Shown here: one piece after another, positions 48,067 to 57,918 of the stretch
Position numbering within the stretch: position 1 is the first letter of the stretch
Layout: the number at the start of each line of letters is the position of its first letter
IMG/VR virus record: IMGVR_UViG_3300032799_000270
Span: 1-57,918 of that record
Strand: one strand, 5' to 3'
DNA length: 57,918 nt
From: a virus
Taxonomy: Duplodnaviria > Caudoviricetes
Made by a program: the position numbers and the translations under genes
Notes under the pieces: model-generated
Seen by the model: the letters and a program-made list of their open reading frames with translations, nothing else
The model's database searches: none
What the model was told of the DNA's origin: nothing

Positions 48067-49353
48067 GGGGTCGCCACACTTTATTTAGAGTCGAAATTTA
48101 AGAGACGGAAACGCGCCAGAGGCGTCTAGGAGCGTTCGCGGGTAGTCGCCGCGTGGGTAACGGCACCCCCCCCCTCTAAATCGCGCTACGGCGCTTTTAC
48201 GGCCCAACATTGGGCATCCTGTCTGAAATCCTGGGTAGCTTCGCGCAGGTTGCGGGCGTACTCTGCCAAGCTTTTGGCTTCTTTGGAGTCCGTGGAGCGG
48301 ATTACAAGTTCTTCACATGCGGCCGCCAGTGAGGGATGATAGGTCATGTTCCGCAGACATACTTCGCCTGGCCGGCGAGACTTTAGGCCAGTCTTCGCAA
48401 CCTCAGCGACATGCCAGCCGCAATCATAGCGGCTGATCCGCAGCCCGTTCTTTTCGTATACTATTGATTCTTCAGTCTTCATCCTCATTGAGCGCCTCCG
48501 TGGTGTCTTTCGGGCGAAATCCCGCCCCTCCTCCAAAACCCCTTCAACTCCCGCCTCCAACACCCGGTCTTGTCCCATCCCCCGAAGTTGTGGGTAGATC
48601 CGTGCCGGCCGCAGGGGCATCTCCAGCCTCCCGGTTCCATCCAGAACGACGGGAAGACGGCCGGATGCTGAATCAGGTGGCACGCCACCCGACCCAGAGC
48701 ACAGAGCCGGTAGATCACCCAAAAGAACGGTCCCCCGTGACAGCGGTGGTAAGCCGGCGGGTCGGGGAACTGGTTCATGCAGCGCGAGCAGTAGTGCCAG
48801 TCAGCCATGGGGGGCCTCGGGTTGTTCAGGCGCCGCATGTACAGGGAGATGTTTTCTGTCGTACCAGCCCAAAACAAACCGAACAGCGTCCCAGAATGGC
48901 ACTTGGCTTAACGCCACGTTCTCCCATTTCCCATTGACCTGGGAGCGAACGCAGATCGAATCCTGGTGCTCCGCACAATAGTCGAGAAGCTCGTCCAAGC
49001 TCATGTTGTTACCTCCTCCGTCATACCTCCCACGGCGTTGAGCTACCGTGGCATCCGTTCGTAGATCTTGTCCCGCACCAAGTCGATCACGTAGCTCTCG
49101 GTGTGGGCCATCGGTGTTTCGCCCCAGAACGTGTCGCGGTAGACTGAAACGCGCAGGTCCACTTCCCCGCAGGCCATCTCCAAGGTGCTGAAGCAGCCTA
49201 CCCGTGTCGCTCTGGCGACGGCCAGGTAGCGATGAACCCGGGTGTCCAGAATCATGGGCATGGTTTTGCTGAGGGCTACCAGTTTCTCGTAAGCGAGCCG
49301 TCTCTGGTCTTGTTCCCACATCAGCTCCTCCATAATGGTCTGTCCTGCCGATC

Positions 49354-49398
49354 AGGGAAAAAGGGGGCGGCGGGGAAGAAACCGTAGGGTTTCGTCCC
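49354..49398 (+). repeat. Dispersed ~45-bp hairpin element, copy 4 (inverted relative to the others)
   Basis: AGGGAAAAAGGGGGCGGCGGGGAAGAAACCGTAGGGTTTCGTCCC. Confidence 0.85.
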
Positions 49399-49690
49399 TG
49401 CCAGCTTCAAGCAATCCAGCACATCTGAATCTGTCATCGGCGGCGTGCCTCCATCTCGAACAACTCTGTCTGTACAAGCTCCACAGTCTTGGGTCTCGCC
49501 CTGGGCAGGTGCTTGACTTGGTAGCGGTCCATCAACTCCTCAAACTCCTTGATGGCCTGAACGACCGGCGCCTCGGCCTGGCTGATCCGGTAGAGCGCCT
49601 CGCAGTAGATGCAGCCGCCCCGGATGGCTCCTCTTCCGTCCGAGGGCCGGTAGACCGGGTGCTTTGGGCAGGCGGCGTGGAAGGTGAGCT

Positions 49691-50932
49691 TCAGGTCGAG
49701 CATGGGGGTTCCCCTTGCAGTAGGGGTAACAGATTGTCGAGTCGGGTTTGAGCGATCCCAACGTAGTGCGGGTCGATCTCAATACCCACCACTTCGTCCC
49801 AGCCCCCGTTCCACGCTCCGATCATCTCCGAACCTGAACCCGCGAACGGCACAATGATACGGCGTGGGGCTTCGCTTCTCGCCGGCGGCAACAGGAGCTT
49901 GGCCAGGTAGCGGCAGAGGTCCAACGGTTTCACGGTCGGATGGATATTGCGCCCGCGCTTGGTAACCGTGTCCAAGCCCTTGTCGCGTTCGTCCGTATTG
50001 GCCTTGGCGGTGTAGAAGAAACGGGATGCACCGCCGGAGTCGCCAGGATACTCAGTGCTCTTGTGGTTGTCTGTGCCCCATGCCGTGCCTTCCACACGGG
50101 CGCTCTGGCTGCGAGGACTACGCTTGCCAGTCGTGCTCGTGGTCCCGCTCTGTTCATCCAGCATCGCCCCAGCCTCTTCGTCCAGGATGAGGTTGGCGGG
50201 CCAGCGACCAAGTGAAGACTGTTGGAAATCGGGGATGTCTCCGGGGTTCGGCGTATGCCCTTGCGCGAATTTTCCGCCACGAATATCGTCACGGACGGTT
50301 GACCCTTGAAGCTTTTCAGTTGTCTCGACCCTCCCCCCATCAATCCCCACCCCCGCCACCCCCCACTTCAGAGCGTTCTCCGCGAACGTCCCCTCGCAGG
50401 GCTTCATGGCGAGTAGGATGGGTTCCCAGGCAGGCTTCAGGGCTGTGCCGTAGCCGGACCACTGGCGGGCGGTATCAGTGGCAGGGGCAGTGATACTAGG
50501 ACCTCCGGTGTTACCACCTGCATAGATGCCTGCGTATTGCACACCAGAAACTGGTCTGTGATTTGGGTTCTCTCCGATAATCTCTCGCTTTGCCCCTGCC
50601 GCCTTGTCAATCGCCTTCGAGATGTCCAGCGACTTCGGAAACCCGCTCCCATACAGCCACATCAGCGTATCCCTCAACTCGAACCCAGCGTCCTCGATGG
50701 CACACGCCAGCCGGTGCCAAGTACGGGTGCCACCGAAGGCCAGTAGAAATGCACCGGGCTTCAGAACGCGCAAGACCTCTCGCCATATCTCCGGTGATGG
50801 TATTCCGTGGTCCCACAACTTGCCCATGAACCCTAAACCATAAGGCGGGTCGCACAGGCAGGCGTCGAAGGAACAGGCAGCCAACTTGGGCAGCAACTCG
50901 GCTACGTCTCCCTGGAGAATGCGGTAGCTCAC
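49691..50932 (-). CDS. Orphan N6-adenine/N4-cytosine DNA methyltransferase
   Basis: DPPY, HPTVKP, PFAGSGSE motifs; GTG start. Confidence 0.93.
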   Translation of the reverse strand: MSYRILQGDVAELLPKLAACSFDACLCDPPYGLGFMGKLWDHGIPSPEIWREVLRVLKPGAFLLAFGGTRTWHRLACAIEDAGFELRDTLMWLYGSGFPKSLDISKAIDKAAGAKREIIGENPNHRPVSGVQYAGIYAGGNTGGPSITAPATDTARQWSGYGTALKPAWEPILLAMKPCEGTFAENALKWGVAGVGIDGGRVETTEKLQGSTVRDDIRGGKFAQGHTPNPGDIPDFQQSSLGRWPANLILDEEAGAMLDEQSGTTSTTGKRSPRSQSARVEGTAWGTDNHKSTEYPGDSGGASRFFYTAKANTDERDKGLDTVTKRGRNIHPTVKPLDLCRYLAKLLLPPARSEAPRRIIVPFAGSGSEMIGAWNGGWDEVVGIEIDPHYVGIAQTRLDNLLPLLQGEPPCST

Positions 50933-51486
50933 CCCCCGCCTCCCATCATGCCCCGCAACTCGGCAAGACCCCGCAATAGCTCCTCGGCTTTCGACTCCAA
51001 AACGTCCAACTGAGCCTGGGCCGTAGGCCGCTCGACCGGGACCGCGGCTGCGAGTTTCGCAACCAGGTGCATCACGGAGGTGTGATGAAACCCACCGAAG
51101 ACCCGGCCGATGAGCGGGAAGGAGTAGCCTAACTCGCGCCTTATGGCTGTCATGGCTTCGGCCCGGGCCTGGACGATCAAATGGAACCGGCCGCCGTGCT
51201 CGCCGTTCTTTTGGAGTTGCTGCGGTTCGATGCCATGCTTTGCAGCGATGGAGGCGATGATCTTGCGGGCCCGGGGCCAACCCGTCAGCATGTCGGCCCT
51301 TCTGGTGTTGCGGGTCATGCCAGCTCTCATCTTGGCGGCGTAGACGTCCAACTCGGCCCGATGGGGAGTGGTAAGCGGTGGCCGGAGCGGACCAGAGCCA
51401 GGGCGATCACGTCGGACAGGATGATCACCCTGACCCGCAACGATGAGCCGGTCCAGTTCTCCCAAGCGTTCACAGCGGGCGCTCAT
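50929..51486 (-). CDS. DnaA C-terminal (domain IV) HTH-like protein
   Basis: ARAEAM..YSFPLIGRVFGGFHHTSVMH. Confidence 0.8.
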   Translation of the reverse strand: MSARCERLGELDRLIVAGQGDHPVRRDRPGSGPLRPPLTTPHRAELDVYAAKMRAGMTRNTRRADMLTGWPRARKIIASIAAKHGIEPQQLQKNGEHGGRFHLIVQARAEAMTAIRRELGYSFPLIGRVFGGFHHTSVMHLVAKLAAAVPVERPTAQAQLDVLESKAEELLRGLAELRGMMGGGG

Positions 51487-52052
51487 CGTCTCTCCATCGC
51501 CGCAATCGGGTAGAAGCGTACCGGCTCAAACTGGCACGTCTGGTCCTCGGGGAGTTGGTTCAAGATCAGGCAGCACACCTGGACATGCGCACAGTTGGCG
51601 CAGGTCTTTCCCCTGGGTAGATTTTTGGTGGCGTACATGCCTCCCTCATCTGGGCAGGCGCCGTCCTCTGCATGGGCCCGTTTCAGGCATGAGCAGTTCA
51701 CACAGCGGCCAGTACGCAGACTCACGGGGCGCCGCGCACGGGTGAACAGAACCGCATCCTGAGTGCGTAGCTTCAAGTGTTTCTGGCCCTTGAGGATTCC
51801 CATGGGTCTGTACCACTGAAATGGCATTAACGCAACCTCTTCACCCTCACCGTGAATGGCACGGCTTCAAAATCGACATGCGACAGCGGATTGTCTCGCA
51901 GCATGGAGTTTTCATGCAACTCGAAACACGCCCAGTCTTCGACTTGCTGATCCGTTGCGCCGATAACCTCCGGCACTTCCACTTCACAACGGACTTCGTA
52001 GCGGGGCATCAGGACAACTCGTTGGACTCAGATTTCAAATCGTCACCTGTCA

Positions 52053-52095
52053 GGGACGCAACCTGTGGTTTCTTCCCCGACCCCCCTTCTTCCCT
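52053..52095 (-). repeat. Dispersed ~45-bp hairpin element, copy 5
   Basis: GGGACGCAACCTGTGGTTTCTTCCCCGACCCCCCTTCTTCCCT. Confidence 0.85.
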
Positions 52096-52106
52096 TTTTT
52101 CGGAAT

Positions 52107-52493
52107 TCATTCCGTGAGCCCCTTCCACTTCCGCCAGGCTGCCAGAACCTTCTCCCGAGCCGCCACCGAGAGCCCTTCGAGACAGCCGAACGTCAAATCG
52201 GGGAATAGGCCCTCACGGAGCGTCTCCCACATCACAGTGAATACCCAACCTCCACATGAGAACTTGCCGCGGATCTCAATGCACAGCACGCAAGTTTTGT
52301 ACGAGCCGACATGATCCTCCCACTTTCCCGATACATGTTCGTATGGTTGGCCTCGAAGGATCGGCTCATGGCACTCACAGCAGGCGTGGCGTTTGCGGGC
52401 TGTCCTGGTTTTGGATCGATAGAAGTCGGCCGGCTCGCCGTCGAAGCTCAAGACGCACACCTCAGAGCAGGGGCCTTCGGCGAGTTCAGGCAT
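52107..52493 (-). CDS. Zn-finger hypothetical phage protein
   Basis: ARKRHACCEC..I..G..Y..YKTCVLC. Confidence 0.75.
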   Translation of the reverse strand: MPELAEGPCSEVCVLSFDGEPADFYRSKTRTARKRHACCECHEPILRGQPYEHVSGKWEDHVGSYKTCVLCIEIRGKFSCGGWVFTVMWETLREGLFPDLTFGCLEGLSVAAREKVLAAWRKWKGLTE

Positions 52494-52651
52494 GGGAGAC
52501 CTCCGTTTTCGCCTCCAGGTAATCGACGTACCGGATCACTTGCCGGAGCATCGGGCGTAGCGGGTTGCGATCATGGCGCGGCTCCTCCCGGTCCTCGGCC
52601 GTCTCACGGATGATGGGCAGGAGCTTCGCTTTGAAGAAGTCGGCCTGTTCG

Positions 52652-53086
52652 CTATCCATGGAGCACCTCCGGTCGCTGGTCCCATTCCCACAACCCAAGG
52701 CTGCCTTTTGCTGGGATGTGCCCCGGTAGCGGCTGCACGTTGTCTAGAATCCAAGCGTACCGGCCCCCTCCATAATCTCCGAATGCCTGCTCCTGTTTCG
52801 TGAACAAGTGGCGGAATAAGGGGCTCACTTCGATGCTCTCGGTTGGGATGCAGTCAAGCAGCCGGCACGTTGCCAGCACCGCTCCACGCGGATACTCATA
52901 GTGCCTACCGAGCATCACGCTCACGGGCGGGACGGCGCTAAACCTCCGTGCCTCCTGCGGGAATCCCTTCGCTGCGTGAATCGCCAACGGCCCGCGGTAG
53001 GACGTGCCCCAACTCCGCGTCTCGAGCCGCTTCGCGCCGATCACCACCAGCGTGGCCCAGGGTTGCGTCAGGGTCAGAGCTTTCAT
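52652..53086 (-). CDS. ASCH-domain protein
   Basis: MKALTLTQPWA..GAKRLETRSW..GPLAIHA..KGSLGLW. Confidence 0.9.
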   Translation of the reverse strand: MKALTLTQPWATLVVIGAKRLETRSWGTSYRGPLAIHAAKGFPQEARRFSAVPPVSVMLGRHYEYPRGAVLATCRLLDCIPTESIEVSPLFRHLFTKQEQAFGDYGGGRYAWILDNVQPLPGHIPAKGSLGLWEWDQRPEVLHG

Positions 53087-54038
53087 CCCCACCCCTCCGG
53101 TCGCTGGTCCCACAGCTTGCCGTCGAGCATCCGACCAGCGCCTTTCTTGCCGACGCGTTGATGACTGATGCCATGGAGGTTCACGGGCATCCACTCCCCC
53201 CACTGCTTGAACAGGAACGGCACGCCTGCCGCAACGCACTGGTCCCGAATCGACCGTACCCACTCGCGGTGCATCGGCCTCGCCCCCGGCCCTGACTCGC
53301 CGCCGATGATCACCCAATCTAGGCCACGGAATTGCATCGGCATGTCGGGCTCCCTGTCACACTGTTCGGACGACAGCATGTGAGTGCCGCCGCATCCGTC
53401 GCATGGTTCAGGGTCGGAAAGGTAGTCCCGCAAACACACCTCGCCCAACAACGGCTCCAGACTCACAAACCTCATCGCCGCAGGGGTAGCCAGCAAGTCC
53501 GGTATCTGCTCATCGGCCCGCTCCTGATCTTCGCAGGAGACGCCCAGGATCAGGTTGGGGAGAGGCCATCGGTATGTGCCGAGGGCTTTGGCGTAGGCGG
53601 TGATCGCCGCCGGTCCCGTTAGTAGGTCTGCCCAGTCGCTCAGACGATTACTGGCCACATTGCCGACATACACCTTCATCCTCTGCGCCCGCTTGGTGAG
53701 CATGATGAACCGATGCTGTGGGCACAGCGCCATCACCGCGAACATCCGGTCCAGCCACTCGTCGGGCACAGATTCATGGAAAACGTCTCCCATGAAACCG
53801 AGCCCGATGACGGCGGGCTGACGCCGGTGCAACAACTCCTCCAGGGCGGTCTGATTAAATGCCGTCTTCCCGGTCCAGTTTCCCTCGCGGTCAACCACGT
53901 CTTGGTATTGCTTGATGCCAGCACTGCGGAGCCTCCGCGCCATGCGCCGGGCCCAACATCTCTCCGCACAGGGCAGGCTCATATCGCAGCCCACGATGGG
54001 GTTGGAGGTGAAGTCGAGGTACTCAATGCCGGTACGGT

Positions 54039-54042
<4 letters not shown>
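53083..54042 (-). CDS. Phage Gp37/Gp68 (DUF5131) family protein
   Basis: IEYLDFTSNPIVGC..CAERCWA, LTKR, SLEPLL, WVIIGGESGPGARP, FKQWG. Confidence 0.9.
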
Positions 54043-55007
<965 letters not shown>

Positions 55008-55147
55008 GCAGTCCTCTCTGTGACTGGGCAGCGACGGGCCGAGCAGAGAGTCCCGACCCGTCAGGCTGCCTCCGGCTTCCTACCCGGTCGGTGTACTGCC
55101 GCCGGTTCGCGCCGCGGTGGTCAGTATACCAGAGCCGGGTTGACGGT

Positions 55148-55300
55148 TCAAGAGCCTTTCTTCTTTTTCTTGTGTTTCTGCCAGCGGGTTCGGCCAGCTT
55201 TGGAGGCGATCTCCCGGCGCCGCTCGGGAGTCAGGGACTCGGCCCGCTTCTTCGCCATACGACGAGCCCATTCTTGCAGCGTGAATCGTTGCGTTGCCAT
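55148..55300 (-). CDS. Small basic KGG-like protein, leaderless
   Basis: RAESLTPERRREIASKAGRTRW; resembles the C-terminus of 175-426. Confidence 0.7.
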   Translation of the reverse strand: MATQRFTLQEWARRMAKKRAESLTPERRREIASKAGRTRWQKHKKKKKGS

Positions 55301-55307
55301 CCTGGAC

Positions 55308-55385
55308 AGTATACGGCTTGCCGTAAGAAAATTCAAGCGGAAAGTACACTTTTCTCTTGACAAGCGCCTCCACCTCCCTCATAAT
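55308..55385. promoter_or_regulatory. Back-to-back sigma70 promoters
   Basis: Leftward TTGAAT-17-TATACT (55336-55308); rightward TTGACA-17-CATAAT (55357-55385); ATG 6-7 nt after each -10. Confidence 0.8.
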
Positions 55386-55391
55386 GGGGCT

Positions 55392-55763
55392 ATGCTTGCG
55401 GCAAGAGAGAGGATAGAAACCCAGGGGATAGAACAGGATAGCGTTGATTCCACTGTCCTCTTCTGCCTCTCCTGCGGGAGCCCGCGCCTGGATTGGACCG
55501 GCACGGGGTGGAGTTGTCAGGACTGCGGAACGGCGGAACGGTTCGTACAAGCCGCAACCGTGCTGTGCGCCTGGTGCTACGGCGAGTTCCCAGCCGCCGA
55601 ATTACCCGCCCATCGGCTCGATTGTTCTCGGTTACGCTACAGCCGGGCGACCCGCCTGGAATTGGAGCGTGAGGAGCGCGAGTGGCGGCGTTCGGTACGG
55701 CCAGTGGATGCCGATTGGGAGCTGGTACACGTCCAAGCTGAATTTAGAGTCGAAAGGCAGTGA
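55392..55763 (+). CDS. Zn-ribbon hypothetical protein
   Basis: CLSCG..CQDCG..CAWC..HRLDC. Confidence 0.65.
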   Translation: MLAARERIETQGIEQDSVDSTVLFCLSCGSPRLDWTGTGWSCQDCGTAERFVQAATVLCAWCYGEFPAAELPAHRLDCSRLRYSRATRLELEREEREWRRSVRPVDADWELVHVQAEFRVERQ

Positions 55764-56011
55764 TGGACGATGAGAGGCAATTGGTACCATGTGCGGGCGA
55801 TGAAGCCCAATGAAACCATGTGCGGCTACGCGTGTTGCGGTGCCGCCGAGCGTGACAGCCGCGTGCGTCGGCTGAAAGGTGAGCTTCCGGTGGGGTCTCG
55901 TATTGATGTGTTTCTGGCTCCCGCCTGCGTCGTGAGTCATGGGCCGATACTCTCCTGGTTTCACAAAGTTAACGGATGGAAGCGAATTCGGCCGAAGACC
56001 CCGGAGGTTGA

Positions 56012-56368
56012 TTGACCATGCTCCACCGCTACACCCGCCTGAGAACCTACACGAGACTGCGACCTTACCGCCTGAAGCCCCGCCGCGGGCGCATCGAAGA
56101 TCCGGCGTACCTCCGCTGGATACGCTCGCTTCCGTGTATGATCCAAAACCGGGAGTGCCGGGGCTCATCCGACCCTCATCATGTCGGGCACTACGGACAG
56201 GCCAGGTCGAACGATCACAACGCCGTGCCGCTCTGCCGGGTCCATCATGATGAAACGGAGCGGCTGAACAACGGCCCGTTCGAGGAGAAGTACGAAGTCA
56301 GTTTCGCAGCCGCCATCCAGGGGCTGAATGAGGAGTACCGGATAATTCAAGCCAGAAGGATTACATGA
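56012..56368 (+). CDS. DUF968/NinG-like HNH-type protein
   Basis: YLRWIRSLPC..DPHH..DHNAVPLCRVHH. Confidence 0.8.
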   Translation: MTMLHRYTRLRTYTRLRPYRLKPRRGRIEDPAYLRWIRSLPCMIQNRECRGSSDPHHVGHYGQARSNDHNAVPLCRVHHDETERLNNGPFEEKYEVSFAAAIQGLNEEYRIIQARRIT

Positions 56369-56549
56369 GCACTCGATTGACGCCACGGCAACGGGCTGCA
56401 CAGACACGCTACATCAGGGCGCATTCAGCCTACATGAACACGTTCGATCCTACGGCCGCACAAAGTGAAGAGTTCGATGCAGCCACAATTGAGTTTAAGG
56501 CTGCTGAAGAAGAAGCAGAACAGATCCCAGCAGCAAAAGGAGCGGAATC

Positions 56550-57113
56550 ATGAGTATCTTGAAATTTGCCGTCAACACGCCGGTTCGCGTGGCCCTGAGC
56601 TATCCGACCGGCAAGGAGTTTGCTGGAAAGTTTGGGCCTCGGGTTTTGTTCAGCCTCTGCCTGGCGCCCGCCGGCGAGCGCAGCATGTATCTGCCGCCGA
56701 TTGCCGCTGAGCAGATCGCTAAGCTCGGGATTGTCCAGGGCGAGCCGTTCCAGATCGTCAAGGCGACGGTCCCGAACGTTGGCCGGCCTAAGATCGAATG
56801 GCAGGTGAGCAGGATTGAGACGAAACACGCCGAGCGCGAGACGAACCCGGCCGCTGCCGAGACGAAACCGGCCGCTGCCGAGACGAAACCGCAGCAGACG
56901 GGCCATGCCACGAAGAACGGCGTGCCGTACCGAGACCCCAAGGCCGAGTGGCTCAGATGCGCCGATGAAGCTGTGGAGGTTCTGGTGACGGCCCGGGCCC
57001 ATGCCGCGGCCAAGGGTCTGCCGGTGCAGTTCAGCGGGGAGGACGTGCGGGTGGTGGCTTCGACGCTCTATATCGGGCGGGGGCAGGATCGGCGGGCTTC
57101 AGCCCTTCGCTGA
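56550..57113 (+). CDS. Hypothetical protein, possibly OB-fold, with ETKPAAA repeats
   Basis: AAGGAG RBS; 21-bp tandem repeats at about 56838-56891. Confidence 0.65.
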   Translation: MSILKFAVNTPVRVALSYPTGKEFAGKFGPRVLFSLCLAPAGERSMYLPPIAAEQIAKLGIVQGEPFQIVKATVPNVGRPKIEWQVSRIETKHAERETNPAAAETKPAAAETKPQQTGHATKNGVPYRDPKAEWLRCADEAVEVLVTARAHAAAKGLPVQFSGEDVRVVASTLYIGRGQDRRASALR

Positions 57114-57458
57114 GAGTGGCTGGTAGCCCGGCATCAGTTCCAGCGCCTGCCCATCCTCGGTCAGCATGTCTTTGACGATGCCGCTGAGTTGCCGCAGAAT
57201 CTCAGGTCTGGGCTTCTGCTTGAACTTTGGCAGTGCGTCGTTGATGCGCCGGGCTATCTTCTGAGCGAACGCCAGACCGTGCAGACACACCGGAATGCAG
57301 TAGGTCGAGGGCACGTGGGTCAGCCGGAAGCATCCATTCTGATGGGCCGTGCAGAGTCCCTGGGTTACCGCCCAGTCGCCAACCTGGAAGAACAGCGTGA
57401 CCCGCATTTCCTTGGTGCCATGAGGCTGGAGCTTCACCGAAAGAGTGCGTTGGCTCAT
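57099..57458 (-). CDS. Hypothetical protein
   Basis: ATG directly downstream of dispersed-repeat copy 6. Confidence 0.6.
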   Translation of the reverse strand: MSQRTLSVKLQPHGTKEMRVTLFFQVGDWAVTQGLCTAHQNGCFRLTHVPSTYCIPVCLHGLAFAQKIARRINDALPKFKQKPRPEILRQLSGIVKDMLTEDGQALELMPGYQPLSAKG

Positions 57459-57473
57459 AAGTCGGCTACTTGA

Positions 57474-57519
57474 GGGGAACGACACCTACGGTTTCTTTCC
57501 CCTCCCCTTTTTCTTCCCT
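57474..57519 (-). repeat. Dispersed ~45-bp hairpin element, copy 6
   Basis: Nearly identical to copy 1. Confidence 0.85.
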
Positions 57520-57551
57520 CAAAACGGAGCGGCGGGCTGGAAACGTGCCAC

Positions 57552-57901
57552 TCAGAACTTCTTCTTTAAGCGGCTCAGACCGAGTAGCCCCAATCCCACC
57601 AGCACCAAGCTCGTCGGTTCGGGGACTGGGTTCTGCTCGGTCCACACATGCGGGGCACCGTCCGGGTTGCGGCTGGCCGGGCCTGAAAAGTATGTCGTGC
57701 CGGTGGTCAGATCCCGGAACTGGATTATCAACTCCACATCCGGCGTGTAGGCGAACGTCACGGGGCCGGGGGTAGCGGCGTTGATGTGCTGGCCGGCTAC
57801 GATGAACTCATTGGTGTGGCCTGCGTTCGATCCGAGCCATTCGGCCGTGCCAGTCAGGAAGAACTGGAGGGTTCCGTGGCCGTCGTTGAAGTCGAAATCT
57901 C
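57552..57901 (-). pseudogene. 3' part of a second, diverged PEP-CTERM gene, cut by the IS left end
   Basis: Homologous to 3057-3409; homology stops exactly where the IR begins (57902, equivalent to 107). Confidence 0.85.
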
Positions 57902-57918
57902 GGTAGTGGGTCAGTTTA

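Noticed and set aside
57552-57901. The two PEP-CTERM copies as a DGR template/variable repeat pair
   Set aside because: Differences are not adenine-specific, many are synonymous, there is a 3-bp indel, and no reverse transcriptase is present

Overview
The window is an apparently complete circular ~57.8 kb GC-rich genome (123-bp terminal overlap) of a temperate, probably plasmid-like, tailless bacterial virus. The PEP-CTERM gene points to an exosortase-bearing Gram-negative host (Acidobacteria-like, inferred). I see no terminase, portal, HK97 capsid, tail genes, DNA polymerase or packaging ATPase. A ~27 kb minus-strand morphogenesis region instead encodes a run of paralogous jelly-roll-like capsid proteins, Arg-rich and NP-punctuated modular proteins, about 13 small C-terminally anchored membrane proteins, a transglutaminase-like Cys protease, signal-peptide-bearing spike-like proteins and a lysis module. 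Other modules are an iteron-containing replication initiator, a ParB-like protein, a resolvase, a DNA methyltransferase and an IS1-family element carrying a proteasome-beta-like protease. The standout locus is 42410-45109: a standalone Cas7-like RAMP gene flanked by three arrays of strict 5-nt periodicity (NN-GTC on +, GAC-NN on the gene strand) with shared handles. The variable dinucleotides look like codon positions 1-2 of a foreign gene, so this is a candidate RNA-guided system with a gapped, wobble-skipping code (VIPR-like, from recollection). Further unexplained signals are a 6-copy dispersed hairpin element, two tandem sRNA units (one antisense to the RAMP ribosome-binding site) and a shared operator palindrome. 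All functional calls are from motif reading, not database searches.
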